Below are positions 61,421 to 64,000 of a DNA stretch of 64,000 nt, piece after piece. The notes beneath the pieces are model-generated. The model did no database searches, was not told the DNA's origin, and saw only the letters and a program-made list of their open reading frames with translations. This DNA comes from Candidatus Sulfomarinibacteraceae bacterium. GTDB lineage: Bacteria; Acidobacteriota; Thermoanaerobaculia; Thermoanaerobaculales; Sulfomarinibacteraceae. Positions within the stretch are counted from its first letter, which is position 1. Every line of letters starts with the position of its first letter. A program made the translations under genes and the position numbers. The stretch lies in contig CAWCLO010000004.1 in NCBI GenBank assembly GCA_963796455.1, positions 704,001 to 768,000 on the forward strand. Direction: 5' to 3'.

Positions 61421-63722
61421 CTACCGCTGAACCACTGCCCGGGCCTCGGCGAGGTCACCATCCGTCGCTTCCGCCTGGTCACCATGCAAGAACATGAGTA
61501 CCCGTTCCGGTGTCATCGGCGCATCGAAGAACGGCTCGCGGTCCGGTCGAAAGGCCCGCATGGCATCGAGCAGCGCGAAATAGGCGCCGATGCCGTACAT
61601 CAAAGGCGGTTCACCGATGGCCTTCGACCGCATGACAGCATTGGGGTTGTCGGCGTCGGTGAGGAAATGGGCATCGATTTCCGGGACCGACAATATGTCG
61701 GGGATCTTGTATGTGCTGAGCGTATCGGTAAGACACCGGCCATCGGCGAAGAGCAGTTCTTCGACGGTCATCCAGCCGATTCCCTGGACCAGTCCCCCCT
61801 CGAGTTGTCCCATGTCCACCACGTGAATTGAGGCTGCGCCCGGCGTCGTGAACCACGCCGACCCGATCGATGGTGTAGATCCCGCGCAGACAGTCGACCG
61901 TGACCTCGACGACGGCAGTGCCGAATACGTGATAAGCAAAGGGCTCACCGCTTTCGGTCTCCCGATCGTAGTGGATCTTCGGAGTCGCGTAATGTGCCTG
62001 CTCCGACAGGCTGACCCGTCGGACATAGGCTTCCCACACCAGCTGCTCCCAGCTGAGGTCGGTTTTTTTGCCCTTGACCGCAATCGCGTCCCCTTCAACG
62101 CTGATGTTCTTCTGGTTTTTGCCGAGGATCTCCGCAGCGACCGTTTTCAGACGTCCGGCAATCGCGCGGCAGGCGATCTCGGTCGCTTTTCCGTTCATGT
62201 CGGCACCCGAGCTTGCGGCGGTCGGCGAAGTATTGGCAACGCGCAGGGTGTTGGTGGTTTCGATCGTGATCCGGTTTGGATCGATGCCGAGGTTGTGCGC
62301 CGCCACCGTGATCATCTTGGCGTTGACGCCCTGGCCCATTTCCACTGCTCCGGTGGAGAGGCTGACGCTGCCGTCGGTGTAGACGTGGACCAGGGCCGCC
62401 GCCTGGTTGAGAAAGGTACTGGTAAAGGAGATGCCGAAACACACCGGCATCATTGCCACGCCCCGCTTCGAGAGCTTGTGCTCGGCGTTGAACTCGGTGG
62501 CCCGCGTCTGCAGCGATTCGACGTCAAAGCGCTCGATCACCTGGTCGAAGGCGCGATGGGCATTGCCCTGTTGCGCCTTCATGCCGTAGGGAAACCGGTC
62601 GCCCTCGCCGAGGAGATTGGCGCGTTGAATCTCGCGCCGGTCGAGCTTCATTTTCTCGGCGGCGCAGGTGATGGCCGACTCCATGACGAACATTGCCTGA
62701 GGGGCGCCGAAACCGCGGAAGGCGGTGAACGGTGGGAGATTGGTTTTGCAGCAAAGCGCGGTCACCCTGACGTTGGGGATGAAATAGCTCCCTGTCGAGT
62801 GAAACATGGAGCGCTCGAGGATCGCCGGCGAAAGATCGGCAGCGGCCCCGGCGTTCTGGTAGTACGTGACCTCATAGGCGAGGATCTTGCCCTTGGAGTC
62901 GAGACCAATCTTGAAGTCCGAGGAGTACGGGTGTCGTTTTCCGGTCATCGTCATGTCTTCGTGCCGGGAAAGGGCGATCCGGACCGGCCGCTGAAGGTGT
63001 GAAGCTGCCAGGGCCGCGAGGGCCGCCCAGGGAGTCGCCTGGTCTTCTTTGCCGCCAAAGGCGCCGCCGAGACGGGCGACGTCGACCTCGATCGAATTCA
63101 TCGGCAGCCCGAGAACCCGAGCAACGATTCGTTGTACCGCCGTCGGCGCCTGGGTGGACGAAATGATCTTCAGCCGCGTCCCTTCCTGCGGCACCACCAG
63201 GGCGCCCTGGGACTCGAGATAGAGATGTTCCTGGCCGGCTGAATCGGCCCGTCCCTCAACCACCAGATCGCAAGCTTTCCAGGTGGCGTCGACATCGCCG
63301 TGTGAGAGGGTTCTCGAGGGAACGATCAGCGAGCCGGCGGCCGCCGCCTCACGAGGATCGAAGACACCGGGAAGCTCTTCGTATTCGATGGTGATGGCCG
63401 CCGCCGCGCGACGTGCGGTCCTCGGAGTATCCGCCACGACCGCAACGATCGGCTGACCGATGAAATGGACCTCGCCCTCGGCAAGAAGCGGTTCGTCCTG
63501 GACGATGCCGCCGATCTGATTTTCTCCGGGTATGTCGGCGGCGGTCAGAATGCACGCCACACCCTTGATGGATGCGGCCGGTGTTGTGTCCAGTCGCACG
63601 ATTCGACCGTGTGGGATCGCCGACGACAGTACCGCTGCGTGCAGGGCACCAGGCGGGTCCGGGAGATCGCCGACAAAAACCGACTGACCGCGGGTGTGGG
63701 GTCCGATCTCGTGATTGCTCAT
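61421..63722 (-). CDS. xdhB: Xanthine dehydrogenase molybdopterin-binding subunit; +1 frameshift at about 61826
   Basis: GQEHLYLE, RLGGAFGGKE, TAFRGFG.PQ, VEMGQG, SPTAAS; second frame carries DMGQLEGGLVQGIGW and SKAIGEPPL. Confidence 0.9.
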
Positions 63723-64000
63723 GACGCCGCCAGAATCACCGAGAAGTCTTCGATATCGAAGAGGGTGTTGAAATGGGCGAGCATGAGCTGCCCGAGCAGA
63801 AGGCTTTTGTACTGGGCCGATCCTCGAACATCGGAGATCGGACTCACTTCGGATCGGGCGATCCTCGCAGCGGCAGCCGCGGTCTCGGCAGTCGGTCTCT
63901 TCCCGACCAGCGCCGCAGAGGTCTGTTGTAACTGCATGGGCACCGGTGCAACGCCTCCGGCGGCCACGCGAGCGGCAGCGATACGGTCATTTTCGATTCG
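63719..64000 (-). CDS. xdhA: Xanthine dehydrogenase FAD-binding subunit, C-terminal part (runs off the window)
   Basis: AAGGVAPVP, SPISDVRGSAQYK; ATGA overlap with xdhB. Confidence 0.82.
   Translation of the reverse strand, partial: RIENDRIAAARVAAGGVAPVPMQLQQTSAALVGKRPTAETAAAAARIARSEVSPISDVRGSAQYKSLLLGQLMLAHFNTLFDIEDFSVILAAS

Overview
GC-rich bacterial chromosomal window with about 55 protein-coding genes. I see no rRNA, tRNA, CRISPR array, transposase or phage genes. Gene style (C-terminal FxDGFESG motifs, multiheme cytochromes, FHA-sigma54 activator) suggests an Acidobacteriota-like organism; this is inference only. Main blocks: (1) sulfatase, TonB receptor and an ankyrin-tetraheme cytochrome fusion; (2) a tightly coupled operon joining a partner-switching module (FHA-GAF-PP2C, RsbW-like kinase, STAS) to an MCE/Mla ABC transporter, with no sigma factor; (3) patatin, M23, LMW-PTP, mscS and a cNMP-domain aspartase fusion with a frameshift; (4) octaheme HAO-family cytochrome, NapC/NirT-like cytochrome and a beta-barrel porin; (5) assorted metabolic genes (GH109, kynU, SOD, Nramp, MutS-like); (6) a purine catabolism cluster (xdhA-xdhB, xdhC, single-chain xdh, ygfK, cyclic amidohydrolase, ssnA) split by about 9 kb of signalling and surface genes. 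Best non-obvious signal: an apparently non-coding sigma54-type unit at about 51800-52150. It has enhancer-like palindromes, a -24/-12 promoter, three G:U-rich hairpins with CUCC motifs and a terminator, and lies tail-to-tail with an FHA-sigma54 activator carrying a GVATGV loop. Several intergenic regions are mosaics of 6-9 bp tandem repeats and REP-like palindromes. Two single-base frameshifts (aspA, xdhB) may be sequencing errors. All calls come from motif reading; no database search was run.
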